From contig CM052817.1 of assembly GCA_028534125.1 (NCBI GenBank), positions 10,170,001 to 10,234,000 of the forward strand: a stretch of DNA of 64,000 bases. Direction: 5' to 3'. A program made the position numbers and the translations under genes. Of the stretch, positions 12,599-24,890 are shown one piece after another; position 1 is the first letter of the stretch; every line of letters begins with the position of its first letter. The DNA comes from Lama glama. Lineage: Eukaryota. The notes beneath the pieces are model-generated. The model did no database searches. It saw only the letters and a list, made by a program, of their open reading frames with translations, and was not told the DNA's origin.

Positions 12599-13408
12599 AA
12601 ACAATTTTGCTGTTTTAATCTCTGGGTCAGCTTAATGCCTATGCTCTGATGCAGCTCTGCCCTCTAAACTACACTCCGTGTGAACTGGAGTTGAGAAGAG
12701 AGAGAATATATCCTGTGCATTATACTGTTCTCCCATTCACTTCCCATCCTAAACTAGGGTTTGTTTGCTTGAAAGTAATGCTCTGTCAAAGAACTGGATC
12801 AAAGAAGAGACCCCGAGAACTCCGCATCAGGGGAAGGGTGTGAGTGTTCTATCGGGGATCTGTAAAAAGTGCTCTGTTTTTGGTAACATGTGGGTGAGTT
12901 GCCAACTGCATCATCCCTAGCTGCTGCTGCTCTTGATAATACATTATTAGTCACCTTTATTCCAACAGAATCCTCATCATTCTCTGTGGGTTTGATGCTG
13001 AATTTTAGCCCCACTTTAGTAATAATATTTATAACTGGTATGTTAGAAACCCTGCCTTATTTGTATAAAAGCAGATTATTTGAAGATTCCAGAGGAAATA
13101 GTGGGGAATAAACAAACTTCTAGTCACTATTTTTTTCAAAGTGCTACTAAGGAATTGAGCCTTAACATTCTTCTATATAACTCTTTTAAGATCTCTATTG
13201 ATATACTGGATTTCATGAAAAGTCAGTGGCCTCTGTGGGGTTTGGGTTTTGGAAATTACAGTTAGTGAGGCAATGTGAAGGAAGGACCACAAATCTTTAT
13301 GTTCCTTTCCAGGTGAAAGATGTTTGAAAAGGCTATGTAAGCTGATTAGCACAAATGACGTCCACAGTACACCTACCGGAGAGCTTATGTGAAAGGACTT
13401 TTTGTAAA

Positions 13409-13510
13409 GTGTGTTGGCCAAGATTTTCTAGAGAGTTAGGCCAACAGGATGTTTCTGCCTCTGACTCAATCTCTATATCTAATCTTTGTATCTATCCATC
13501 CGTCAGTCTG

Positions 13511-13559
<49 letters not shown>

Positions 13560-13969
13560 TTATCTATTTACCTATCTATCAAGAGATTTATTTTAAGGAA
13601 TTGGTTCATGCAATTATGGAGGCTTGGAATTGGTTCATGCAATTATGGAGGCTTGGGGAGGGAGTCCAAATTCTAATAGGGTAGACCAACAGGCTGGAGA
13701 CAGGGCAAGAGTTACAGTTTAAATCCCAATGCAGTCTGTTGGCAGAAGTCCCCCTTTCATGAGTGAGATCAGTCAGTTTCTATTAAAGCCTTCAACTGAT
13801 TGCACGAATCCTACCCACATTGTGGAGGGCAATCTGCTTTACCCAAAGTCCGCCAATTTAAATGTTAATGTCATCCAAAAAAGTGCCTTCACAGAAACCT
13901 CTAGAATAATGTCCGACCAAATATATGGGAACTGTGGCCCAGAGAAGTTGGCATAAAATTAACCCTCAT
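13409..13969 (-). mobile_element. MLT2-type ERVL LTR with internal (TCTA)n
   Basis: 'gagatttattttaaggaattggttcatgcaattatggaggct', 'ggagggcaatctgctttac', end 'cataaaattaaccctcata'; (TCTA)n at ~13511-13560. Confidence 0.88.
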
Positions 13970-14649
13970 ATAAGGTAATGTGAAGAATGACTCATGTTTT
14001 GTTGTTATTTGTCTATTTCTAAGAGAAAGCCGCCCAGATGGCAAAACAATTGCTATTGGAGGAATAGCTGCAGATTGAGATGTTAAACTGGAAAGAAGAC
14101 CTTGGGGCATATAGTAATACAAATACGGCAATACCTCTCAATGTTCTCACAACCCAGAGATATATAATATGTGGGTAAGATATGTATATATATGCGTATA
14201 TATATATTCTGCATTTTCAAAATGCTCAAATACCTGCATGTGAAGGGCAGAGCACAGAAACAGGACTGTCAGAGGAGATGAATTTTGACACAAGACTAAT
14301 TGGAACCATCAATAAGTGATGACTTCTGACCACAGCTGGTCCCGAGCAGACTCATTCCCGACCTTCTGTGGTGAGCTAATTTCCAATTCCTCGCAGTGGC
14401 TGCCACAGACTTTTCTCTTTTCCCTCAAGCTCCTCCCCCCACCCACTTTGTCCCCTACTTGCAGAGGCAAAAGGCCACCAACTCCATAGCATCCTTCTCA
14501 AACATCTCCATTTTTAGCCCTTCTTTTTTTCTATCTCAGTGAATAGGTTTGCTGGATTTCTCCCGAGGCCAGTTTGCCTGCTTTGTGTACTTGGCCCTAT
14601 CCTTTCCACCACCTCCAGGTCCTTGCTTAGTTGATGAAAATAAAACTCT

Positions 14650-14812
14650 TTTTTTTTTAAAAAAATTAACCTTTATTGGCGTGTAGTTGATTTATAATGT
14701 TAGTGTCAGGTGTACAGCAAAGTGATTCTTTTCCATTACAGCTCATTAAGAAATTGAATATAGTTCCCTGTGCCATATAGTAGGTACTTGTTGTTTATGT
14801 ATTCTATGTATA
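14650..14812 (-). mobile_element. L1 extreme 3' fragment
   Basis: Poly-T, then 'tagtgtcaggtgtacagcaaagtgattc...gaatatagttccctgtgc'; TSD aaaataaaactcttt / aaaatacaactcttt. Confidence 0.85.
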
Positions 14813-15472
14813 AAAATACAACTCTTTAGAAATAAATATGGGATGCTCTCTTCACTTAATATTTTGTAGCAATTGGACTTTTTAGTCTCAATGTCTGCTG
14901 TGCTATGCTGGGCTTGTGGCAGATAGGATTTATATGTAATCCAGATGAGTGAGAAAATCTATCTATCTATCTATCTGCATTGGTATGTTTGGACTAGTGC
15001 AGGAGTGAGGATGACAGAAAGAAAAGCAGATGTACAAAATAAGAACAATATAGTGTGAAGTATTTGTAGGTGGAGGGACTGAAAATTCTATGCTATTTGT
15101 GCTGAATTCTTAACGCATAGTGCAGAAAGCGTGGTACACAGCGACCAGAATCACCCACTTATCATACATTAAAGGCAAGTTTCAGGCAACAGCGACACTT
15201 AGCATTTACTGGGCCTTCTCCCTGCCATGTCTCCCTACCCTCACTGCTGTGCCCACTACCTTGTTCATCTCAAGGCATAATTTACAGAAAATAATTCCTT
15301 CCTCTTAAATGCACAGTTTGATGTGTTTTGAAATATCTATACAGTTACATAATCACCAGCACACTCAAGATACAGTTTTGATTCCATTAACCCCCAAAGT
15401 CCCCTTATGTCCCTTTGCATTCAGTGTCCCCTACTCCCGGTCCCAGGAAACCACTGATCTGGTTTCTCTTAG

Positions 15473-15805
15473 TGTTACGGACAGCATGCTTGTGTGTCCC
15501 CAAAATGGATATGTTGAAATCCTAACCCCCAATAGGATGGTGTTAGGAGATGGGGCCTTTGGGGGATAATTAGATTATGAGGGTGGGGCTGACATGATGG
15601 CATTTGTGCCCTTATCAGCAAGCTCTCTGCTTTCCCTACCATGTGAGGATATGGGAGAAGTTGTGCTTCTGCAGGAAAAGAGCTCTCACCAGACACCAGA
15701 TCCGCCTGTGCCTTGCTCACCAGACACCAGATCCGCCTGTGCCTTGACCTGGAATCGCCAGCCTCAAGACCTATGAGAAATAAATGTTTGTTGTTTAAGT
15801 CTGTG
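15473..15805 (+). mobile_element. MaLR LTR (MLT1A-like), cut by the assembly gap
   Basis: 'tgtgtccccaaaatggatatgttgaaatcctaaccccc...ggtgttaggagatggggcctttggg...gagaaataaatgtttgttgtttaag'. Confidence 0.88.
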
Positions 15806-16305
15806 NNNNNNNNNNNNNNNNNNNNNNNNNNNNNNNNNNNNNNNNNNNNNNNNNNNNNNNNNNNNNNNNNNNNNNNNNNNNNNNNNNNNNNNNNNNNNNN
15901 NNNNNNNNNNNNNNNNNNNNNNNNNNNNNNNNNNNNNNNNNNNNNNNNNNNNNNNNNNNNNNNNNNNNNNNNNNNNNNNNNNNNNNNNNNNNNNNNNNNN
16001 NNNNNNNNNNNNNNNNNNNNNNNNNNNNNNNNNNNNNNNNNNNNNNNNNNNNNNNNNNNNNNNNNNNNNNNNNNNNNNNNNNNNNNNNNNNNNNNNNNNN
16101 NNNNNNNNNNNNNNNNNNNNNNNNNNNNNNNNNNNNNNNNNNNNNNNNNNNNNNNNNNNNNNNNNNNNNNNNNNNNNNNNNNNNNNNNNNNNNNNNNNNN
16201 NNNNNNNNNNNNNNNNNNNNNNNNNNNNNNNNNNNNNNNNNNNNNNNNNNNNNNNNNNNNNNNNNNNNNNNNNNNNNNNNNNNNNNNNNNNNNNNNNNNN
16301 NNNNN
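15806..16305. other. Assembly gap (500 N)
   Basis: Run of N. Confidence 1.
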
Positions 16306-16457
16306 CTGCTTCTCTGGTAGAACCCTGATGATACAGATCATCTCTGGGTTATCTTTCCAATCTCTGAGCCCTCACGGGTATAGCATATTTGAAAGAAGCT
16401 CTTTGAAGGACATCATTTAGAGACTATGCCAATATTACCTTAAAAATTGATGTATGT

Positions 16458-17421
16458 CATAGATCAATGGAACAGAATAGAGAGCCCAGAAATAAACCCA
16501 CATGCTTATGGTCAATTAATCTCTGACAAAGGAAGTAAGAATATACAATGGAGAAAAGACAGTCTCTTTAATAAGTGGTGCTGGGAAAACTGGACAGTTA
16601 CATGTAAAAGAATGAAATTAGAACATTTTCTCACACCACATGCAAAGATAAACTTAAAATGGATTAAAGACCTAAATGTAAGACCAGAAACCATAAAACC
16701 CCTGGAAGAAAACATAGGCAGAACATTCTTTGACATATATTGTAGCAATAGTTTTTTGGAATCTGTCTCTCAAAGCAAAAGCAATAAAGGCAAAAACAAA
16801 CAAATTGGACCTAATTAAGCTTAAAAGCTTTTGCACGGTAAAGGAAACCATCAACAAAATGAAAAGACAGCCTACTGAATGGGACAAAGTATGTGCTAAT
16901 GATATGAAAAATAAGGGGTTAATATCCAAAATATAAAAACCGCTCATACAACTCAACATCAAGAAGACAAACAACCTTATTTAAAAATGGTCATAAGACC
17001 TGAGTAGATATTTTTTCCAAAGAAGACAAATAGATGGCCAACAAGTACATGAAAAGATGCTCTACGTTGCTAATCATCAGGGAAATGAAAATTAAAACCA
17101 CAATGAGGTATCATCTCCCACCTGTCAAAATGGCTGTTACCAAAAAGAATACAAATAACAAATGTTGGTGAGGATGTGGAAAAAAGGGAACCCTGGTACA
17201 CTGTTAGTGGTCATGTGAATTGGTGCAGCCACTGTGGAAAATAGTATGATTTCTCAGAAAACTAAAAATAGAACTACCATAGAGCCCAGCAATTTCATTC
17301 CTGGGTATCTATCCCCCCCCAAAATGCTAATTCGAAAAGATACATGCACCCTAATGTTCATAGCAGTGTATTTACAACAGCCTAAGTGTCCATCAACAAG
17401 TGAATGGATAAAGATGTGGCA

Positions 17422-17459
<38 letters not shown>

Positions 17460-17929
17460 CATGTACATGTACATGTACACATATATATAATGAAATATAC
17501 TCAGCCATAAAAAAGAATGAAATCTTGCCATTTACAACAACATGGATGGACCTAGACGGTATTATGTCAAGTGAAATAATTCAGACAGAAAAAGACAGAT
17601 ATGACAAATACTGTATGACATTACTTATATGTCGAATCGAAAAAATAAAACAGGATAGTATAATATCACAAAAAGGAAACAGCCGCACAGATACAGAGAA
17701 CAAACTAATGGCTACCAGTGGAAAGAGGGAAGGCGGGAGGGGCAAGATGGGTAAGAGGTACAAACAATTTTGTATAAAATAAACAAGCTACAAGGGTATA
17801 TTGTACAACACAGGGAATACAGCCAACATTTCATAATAACTATAAATGGAGTATAACCTTTAAAAATTGTGAATCAGTATGTTGAAAGCCTATATCTTAT
17901 ATAATATTGTACATCAACTATATCTCAAT
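16458..17929 (+). mobile_element. 5'-truncated L1 (ORF2 C-terminus plus 3' UTR)
   Basis: Translation [45 protein letters not shown] is L1 ORF2p, disrupted by frameshifts. TSD taaaaattgatgtatgt (16441-16457) / taaaaattgaagtgtgt (17929-17945). Confidence 0.96.
17422..17488. repeat. Compound (ATATGT)n/(ACATGT)n microsatellite inside the L1 3' UTR
   Basis: Direct reading. Confidence 0.95.
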
Positions 17930-18489
17930 AAAAATTGAAGTGTGTATATAATCAATGGGTGAGGAGAATTTTATGATTTATTAAGTATCAACACAAATTA
18001 TACCATGCAACCATCTCTCCCTATTTATATCCCAGTGAGCTGCATATTATAACTCTGAATTTCAGGGAAGACACTGAATCTCAGTGAGGTTAAACAATTT
18101 GACCCATGTCATACATCTGGGAGATGGAGGTGTTGTGGTTGGAGCCCTGGTCCTTAACACCAAATTGTGTACAATTTCCAACACTTCTTGTAGCCACACG
18201 AATGCTAGTCACATGAACGACCCCAGAGGTGGGTATTTGAGAACACAAACTATCTGTGTGACTGGTGACAACTTTTTTACATTATCTGTGCTTGGTCTTC
18301 ATGCCTATAAAATAAAAGTAGCATCTACTTCACAAGTAGATCTTGAGGACTAGAGGAAACAGTATGTATAAAGAGCTAGAAAAATACTTGGCAGGGGCAC
18401 ATAATAATTCCACAAAAGTTAGTTCTTGTAACTGTAGCAATATTTATGATTCGAGTCTATAAGTCATTTGCATTAAAAATATGCTTGAT

Positions 18490-18928
18490 TTAATGCCATT
18501 TGCCATAACAATGATGGACCTGGAGATTGTCATTCTAAATGAAGTAAGACAGAAACAAAAAGAAAAATACCATGTGATATCACTCATATGTGGAAACTAA
18601 AAAAAAAAAAAGACAAATAAACTTATTTACAAAACAGAAACAGACTCACAGATATAGAAGACAAACTTATGGTTAACAGGAGGGAAAGGGGTGGGAAGGG
18701 ATAAACTGGGAGTTTGAGATTTGCAGATACTAATATATATAAAATAGATAAACAAGTTCATACTGTATAGCACAAGGAACTGTATTCAATATCTTGTAGT
18801 AACTTATGGTGAAAAAGAATATGAAAATGAATATATGTACGTTCCTATGTGACTGAAGTATTGTGCTGTATACCAGAAATTGACACATTACTTCAATAAA
18901 AATATATATAAAAAGTTAAAAAAAACAG
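18490..18928 (+). mobile_element. Younger L1 3' UTR fragment
   Basis: L1 3' UTR with A-rich tail; perfect 13-bp TSD aaatatgcttgat (18477-18489, 18929-18941). Confidence 0.95.
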
Positions 18929-20096
18929 AAATATGCTTGATGAATGAACGATTTTTAGCTTTGTGTAGTTAGTGGGATGGTAGTTGTCCATGAACAAAAT
19001 TTAGAAACCTTTAGAGCCATCTTACATTGCTCTAATATCCAAGGACATCAGCGGTGAACTCATTTTATTTTGACAGCATTTTACAAAATGATCAGTCTGT
19101 GACGACTTGGGGAAGGAGGTTTCTTCCCCATGGATAGTTTGAGGAACTATCTCGGGAACCCCAAAGACTGAGGCTACCAAAGTCAAGAGGGAAGGGAGAA
19201 GTAGCAGTGATGAGCCACTGGCCACATGACAGGCACTGGAGAGGCACGGGGGATCCGGTTTAAAGCAGGGGCACAAACTGAAACTGATGTCAGTCAAGGG
19301 GCCTGGGTCGAAAAAAAGTCCGTTTCATTTTGATATGAAAACTACAGGGACATTTTTCTTGTTGTTCTCAAACTATATGGCCTTTCTACTTTTCATTGTC
19401 TCAACTTTTGATAGAAATGTGTCATAGAGATGTTTCAATTTCCTTTCCATTCTGAAAGAATAGAATTTCTGGAGAAAGCTGGATTTTTGTATGAAATATG
19501 AAATCTGTATTCAAATATGAATATGGGCGAAACTTCATACACTCGCGCACACACACACGCACACGCACTTCTGGCCAGGAAAATCACGTTCAGCCCCTCA
19601 ATCTGTAGAATGCCTGTTTGCTACACATGGCCTTAAATTTCTCAGTTGCCTTAAATTTCTCATTAGCGCTGGAATGTTCCCTTAGAGTTAAAATGTCGAT
19701 TTTCTTTTCTAGATTATTAATTGCCAAATCAATGTCAAGATCTGACTTTAAGAAAAGCTTCATTATCACTGGCTTTTGGTGTCTATTGACAGCTCTTTTG
19801 GCTTAGAGGTGCGTTTTCATCTCCTTTAGTTAAATATTAATGGAGGAAAGATGTCTCAGAGAAACCAACCCTTTTCTCCGTCATTCTTTAGTCTCAAGAA
19901 TTTTTACCTGAATTGGAATATGTGAGTGTGTAGAATTCAGTAATGCCTCTACTGGATCCACCGTCCTTTAAGGTTAAGCTGAAAAAGGACTGAAGTTCTT
20001 TCTGTTGTTTTAGAATCTTTGTGAGGCTGACATTTGTTATTAAAGTAGCTTTGCAGTTTTCTTTATTACCATGTAGTATCATTATTTGTTATTACA

Positions 20097-20112
20097 TGCT
20101 GCCACCTAGTGA
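20097..20112 (-). promoter_or_regulatory. CTCF motif (reverse orientation)
   Basis: Minus strand reads TCACTAGGTGGCAGCA, close to the CTCF core CCASYAGRKGGCRS, in unique sequence. Confidence 0.6.
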
Positions 20113-21237
20113 AATAGGAGAAGGGCTGTGCTGGGGATTTCAGATTTTGTGCTTTTTGTACCTGAATTTTAGTAAGTATTGTGATTCCCAAATTACGTAA
20201 CACTTTAGAGTGGAAGCATTGGTGTAGACTAGACGTCCTAGAAAATGGGGTCCATGTAGCATGTATGTTCCTAGTCTTTTTTTTTTTTTAACAGATAGAC
20301 AGTTGTTTGTTAGATTCTTGGAGGACTAAAATGAATTTCAAAAGCATGTTCACGTGTTTTATCCTTATGTATAGCTTGCTTTGTTTTGAAAATTGTCATG
20401 TTTCTTTTTTTAGAGAAGTGGAAGTTCACAGGAGAGGAGAATTTCTGGGAAAACAAGTCATCGTTAGTTTGAGTGTTTGTTTAAAGAAAATTGTTCCTGC
20501 TCCGCCAGGCTCCATCCTAGTAAATATTTTTTTTTCATATGAATGCCTCTCCCATCACTCCCCTTCATGGCACCGTCTTGTTTCCGGTTCTGGGGATTTG
20601 TTTGCTTAATTTCTCAGCAAAACATTTGAAATTTCCAATACATTAAAAGCAGGTCACCTATTGCAGTAAGACTCAGATTCATAGCATTCCCTTTGCTAGA
20701 AATGACTTCAGACTTTAAAAAATGTACCTCCTGCTCTTTATAGAAGAGACATACACCCAGCCGGGCCATGTGGTTTTTCTCTGATCTCAGAGCTTCTTCC
20801 TGGCAGAGCTGACAAGAGGCTCAAGTGTCTTGATGGCCATTGAGTGCCCTAGACACTCAGAAGTGCTCCTTGTCCTGGTAGAAGAGCTCGATAGGGCTGA
20901 GCTGGGATGGAGAGGAGGGGCCATTCAGTAGCAGGGACAGGAGGATCTGGTCAGAAGAAGGAAACTCAGCTCTGGAGCGTATGGAATGGTCTGCAGCCAG
21001 GGAAGACGTGTTTATCAACAAACTGTCATTCACCCAGCCTGTGGGGCCTCACTCACCCCTTTCCAGGTCACACAGGGCAAGGAGAGACGAGACTGACGTT
21101 ACTGGGAGTGTGTCTACCCTCCCTCAGAGGGATGCTCAGCTCCCGAGCTGGCAGCTTGCCTGAATGGGGGTGAGCCCACACGCCCCTCTGTGACTCCCTA
21201 AAGACACTTTTCTATCTGAGGAAGAAGGGAAACAAGC

Positions 21238-21350
21238 TATTATAATAATATTATTATAGTATTGCTAGTTATTAACTACTACTAATTAATTATTAGTCTA
21301 ATTATTATTATTATTAATATTAGCTTAATTTTATATTAAGAATTAGTACT
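21238..21350. repeat. AT-rich low-complexity / (TAT)n tract
   Basis: Direct reading. Confidence 0.85.
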
Positions 21351-21559
21351 ATCTTTTTCATAGGAGTAACATCAATGTTAGAGGTAAAGGAGGTCAGCAC
21401 ATAATCCACCAGGAAACTACGGCAGTTCTGAGCTCATCTGCAACTAACAGTACTGTTTTCAAAATACTTAAATAAACTTTGAAAGCATTTTAAGGAAGTA
21501 TGGGTGTATTTCTACTAATGGTAAGAAAGCTTAACCATATCTTTTTCAGAATCTGCTAA

Positions 21560-22600
21560 ATAAGGTAGGAAGTATTCTTTTTAAAAGGATTTAGAAAATT
21601 TAAACCATACAACAAAATGGGCATACTAGAACCACTTTGTTCTCATCAATTAAAGAATAAATTATATAAAGAGCCACAAAAAAGACTCAGCAAACACCTG
21701 GAAACAAATATACTATAGATCATGTTGCCCTATTAAATTGCAATCAAACTAGCAATATTACAAAACAATCCCCATAGTTTTAAAAATTTAAAAAAAAACA
21801 TAGTGGTCAATAAACAAAATATATCTTAAAAAGAAATTATAATAAAAGTTACAAAATACTTAGAACTGAATAACAATAGAAACACTACAAATAAAGATAA
21901 TGGGGTTTAGTGATTGCAATACTTTAAATTTATGGAGTTAATACATTATTAGAGAAAAGAAAATGTAAAATTACAAAAAATTTATTGAATTCAAGAAGTT
22001 AGAAAGAGAATGAAAAAGTAAACTCAAAGCAAGAGAAATAGGCAGTACTAAAGAGCAGAAATAAATTAAATAGGAAGCAAGAAATGATAGACAGCAAACA
22101 TAAAAATGAGTTCTTTGAAAAGACTAACAGAAAAACTTTCAGCAAAGGTGATTGATATTAATATCTAAAGTAAATAATATTTATTATTAGGAATGAAAAA
22201 AAGAATCAGAGTGACAGATTCAGAAGAGATTGCAAATATTTACAAGAGAATATTGTGAACAATTTTATGCCAATAAATTTGGAAATAGTTGATTAAGCTT
22301 GTAGACAAATGAAGAGTACCAAAAATGACTGAAGAAGACACAGAAAATCTGAAAAGTCTTCTGAATGTTGAAGAAATTTAATCACTGTTCAAAAATATAT
22401 ACACCCACACACACTCTCCATCACTCACCTGGATCAGACTCTCAATCAGATCACGAAGGAGGTCTCTCCACTAGCTTATGCAAGCTGTTCCAGTGATTGA
22501 GAAAGACAGAAAGCGCCTAAGTTCCTTTTATGAGGCTGGTATTCCCTCAAAACAAAACACAGACAATAGGAGAAATAAAAATATAGGCCAACTTTCTTTA
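21560..22600 (+). mobile_element. Ancient L1M ORF2 remnant
   Basis: A-rich decayed ORF2 text ('gagttctttgaaaagactaac', 'gaacaattttatgccaataaatttgga', 'cttttatgaggctggtattccct'). Confidence 0.8.
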
Positions 22601-22615
22601 AGAATATGCATTTTC

Positions 22616-22770
22616 GGGGGAGGGTATAGCTCAAGTGATAGAGCACATACTTAGCATGCACAAGATCCTGGGTTCAAGCCCCAGTATCTCTAAAAATAAA
22701 TAAGCCTAGTTACCGCCCCCCCAAAATAAAAAACAATTAAGTAATACAATAAATAAATAAAATATTAAAA
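22616..22770 (+). mobile_element. tRNA-Ala-derived camelid SINE (vic-1 type)
   Basis: Head ggggagggtatagctcaagtgatagagcac...gggttcaagccccagt carries A and B boxes, followed by an A-rich tail. TSD aagaatatgcattttc / aagaatatatactttc. Confidence 0.9.
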
Positions 22771-23459
22771 AAGAATATATACTTTCAAAACTTGAAATAA
22801 AGCATTAATGCATGTAATTCAGTACTGTGTATATGCGAACAAATTTAGTAGTTAAGGAAGGAGAAAGTATAAAATGCTGGGAAATAAAAACCGCTAATTT
22901 ATACCAGCTTAAATTTAGCAACATTGCTGAAGATGTGATCACTGAGACAGATTTCTTGTTACTGTCTTCTCCTCCTTCTCCTCCTCTTAGGAAGCTTTTT
23001 ATTCCTAAAGTTTATTAATCTTGAATTTGTCCTGTTCATCTTTTTACTGTCACAGGGGATGGATCTCCCATTCATTCATTCATTCAGTCATTCATTCAAC
23101 AAACTTTTCTCCTAAGTTTTAGGTATTGTGCTGGCTCTGAATAGCTTCCCGCATCCTCTCCAACGAGTGGAACCTCCCCTTTTTTTAAGATTCAACTCAA
23201 ATGTCAAATTTTACCAATATGAAGGAGATTAAAAGTGAGTAAGAGGCATTATTTTCCTTCCGTGAACTTCCCAGTAATTGGAGGGCAGGGAGGGACAAGT
23301 CAAATTTTAAAAATATTACAGTAAAAAAGGAAAGTAAAGGAGTCCTAATAAGAGAAATACACAATCCTTCAAGGCTGAGAGAATGTCTAAGCTTTACTTT
23401 GCACATTTCTGCATTGTTTTATTTTTTTGTATTATTTTAAAAACTCAAAAGGTACAAAT

Positions 23460-23750
23460 TTTAAGTACAAACCAAAAACAGACTCATGAACACAGAAAAC
23501 AAACTGTGGTTACCAGGGGGGAAAGTGGTGGGGTACAGATTAGGAGTTTGGGATTAACGGATACACATTACTGTATATAAAATAGATAAAGAGTCTACTG
23601 TGCAGCACAGGGAACTATATTCAATTTCTTGTAATGAGCTATAATGGAAAAGAATCCGAGAAAAAAATATGTATTTATGTATAACTGAATCACTTTGCTG
23701 TACACCTGAAACTAACATTGTAAATTGACTACACTTCAATAAAAAATAAG
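23460..23750 (+). mobile_element. L1 3' UTR fragment
   Basis: 'aacagactcatgaacacagaaaacaaactgtggttaccaggggg...gctgtacacctgaaactaacattgtaaattgactacacttcaataaaaaa'. Confidence 0.92.
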
Positions 23751-24429
23751 AATTATTTAAGAAAACTCCTCAAACCCCAAAAGCAGAGAGCAAAAACCAA
23801 AACAACCAAACCAAACAGTGCCATAGGGATTTGGTGATTCAGAGAAGGGTCAGATATGAGGCCTTTTTGGGCAGGACGGGATGGGAATGGGCAAGACCAC
23901 CGCGGAAGCGTAGTCTGCTTACCTCTGAACACCGCGAGGTTTCTTTTCCACGGAGCTCCCTAAACATCTAATCATGTTCAATTTTGTGTGGCTAGTGTTT
24001 TAACTATGCATTTTATATCTGTGAATAGATTTAAAAAATTATGGGTGAAAAATAAGGGAGAAAGGGATCATGATTGTCACTTTGTTTCAACTTAGAAGCT
24101 GAGTATAGCAGGACAGGAGGAAAATGTCTGTGTCTCCTAGAGTCTCCCCCTGAAGACTTACAGATTTTTTTATGGGACTCTTCCTGAACAAATATTTATC
24201 CAGCTCCTGTTGGGTGAGAGGCAGTGTCCTGGGTGCCAGAGTAAAACGGCGAACTGGACCCATCGTCCCTGTCTTCAGAAGAAGAGGCCAGGCTGGAACC
24301 TTACGATACCTAAATTTCCTCCCACTCAAGCCCTGCGTTAACCTCCGCTCTGCCCCTAACCTGTTTTTATATCAGCATGTGGCCCGAGGTGGTGATTTCT
24401 CTCTGTTGAAATGGCCCTGCTCAGTAAGC

Positions 24430-24890
24430 ATTTTAAGGAGAAAGGCCATTACGCCCACATCTGGCGGTGCTCAGAACTCGGACTGTCAGCTCGGACTGGC
24501 ACCTCTGCCGGCAGGGAGAGGAACTCAGTGCCACAATTGTGGAGGAAGAAAGACCCACAGCCCCCCGCCCCCCGCTGAAACCCGCTGGGCGCAGCCTGGT
24601 AAGTGCTGCGGAAGTCTCCCCGGGGCCTTCCAACCCTGACGCCCCTTGCGAGTGGGCCTCCTCCACGACTGTCTGCCTCCGTTTCAGGGCCCGCTTCCCC
24701 TGCAACAGCGGAGATTTCCCTGCTGGGAGCTCACCACGAGACACCCTCCACGGCAGCCCTGTTTCCGAGCAGCCCTGCTTTGGCTGCGGGGCATCACCAT
24801 CCCCTGTTCCCAAGCCTCTTGTCGCTCAGTGAGCTGTACTTGGAGCCCACGGCCCCTGCTGGTGTCAGAGACGACCTCTCTCTGAGGTTG
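24430..24890. promoter_or_regulatory. Small CpG-enriched GC-rich island with GC boxes
   Basis: About 24 CpG by hand count in ~460 bp; CCCCGCCCCC at ~24563-24572; 5' splice-site-like CTG|GTAAGT at 24596-24604. Confidence 0.5.

Noticed and set aside
15475..16420. Long ORFs of 288 and 235 aa
   Set aside because: They read through the 500-N gap, and the real part is MLT1A sequence.
16447..17782. ORFs with real protein similarity
   Set aside because: Frameshifted L1 ORF2p and 3' UTR; neither a host gene nor an intact L1.
22616..22690. tRNA-Ala-like sequences here and at 31600, 33060, 42155 and 42910 as functional tRNA genes
   Set aside because: Each has a shared non-tRNA body and A-rich tail, most have TSDs, and the stems are mutated, so they are SINEs.
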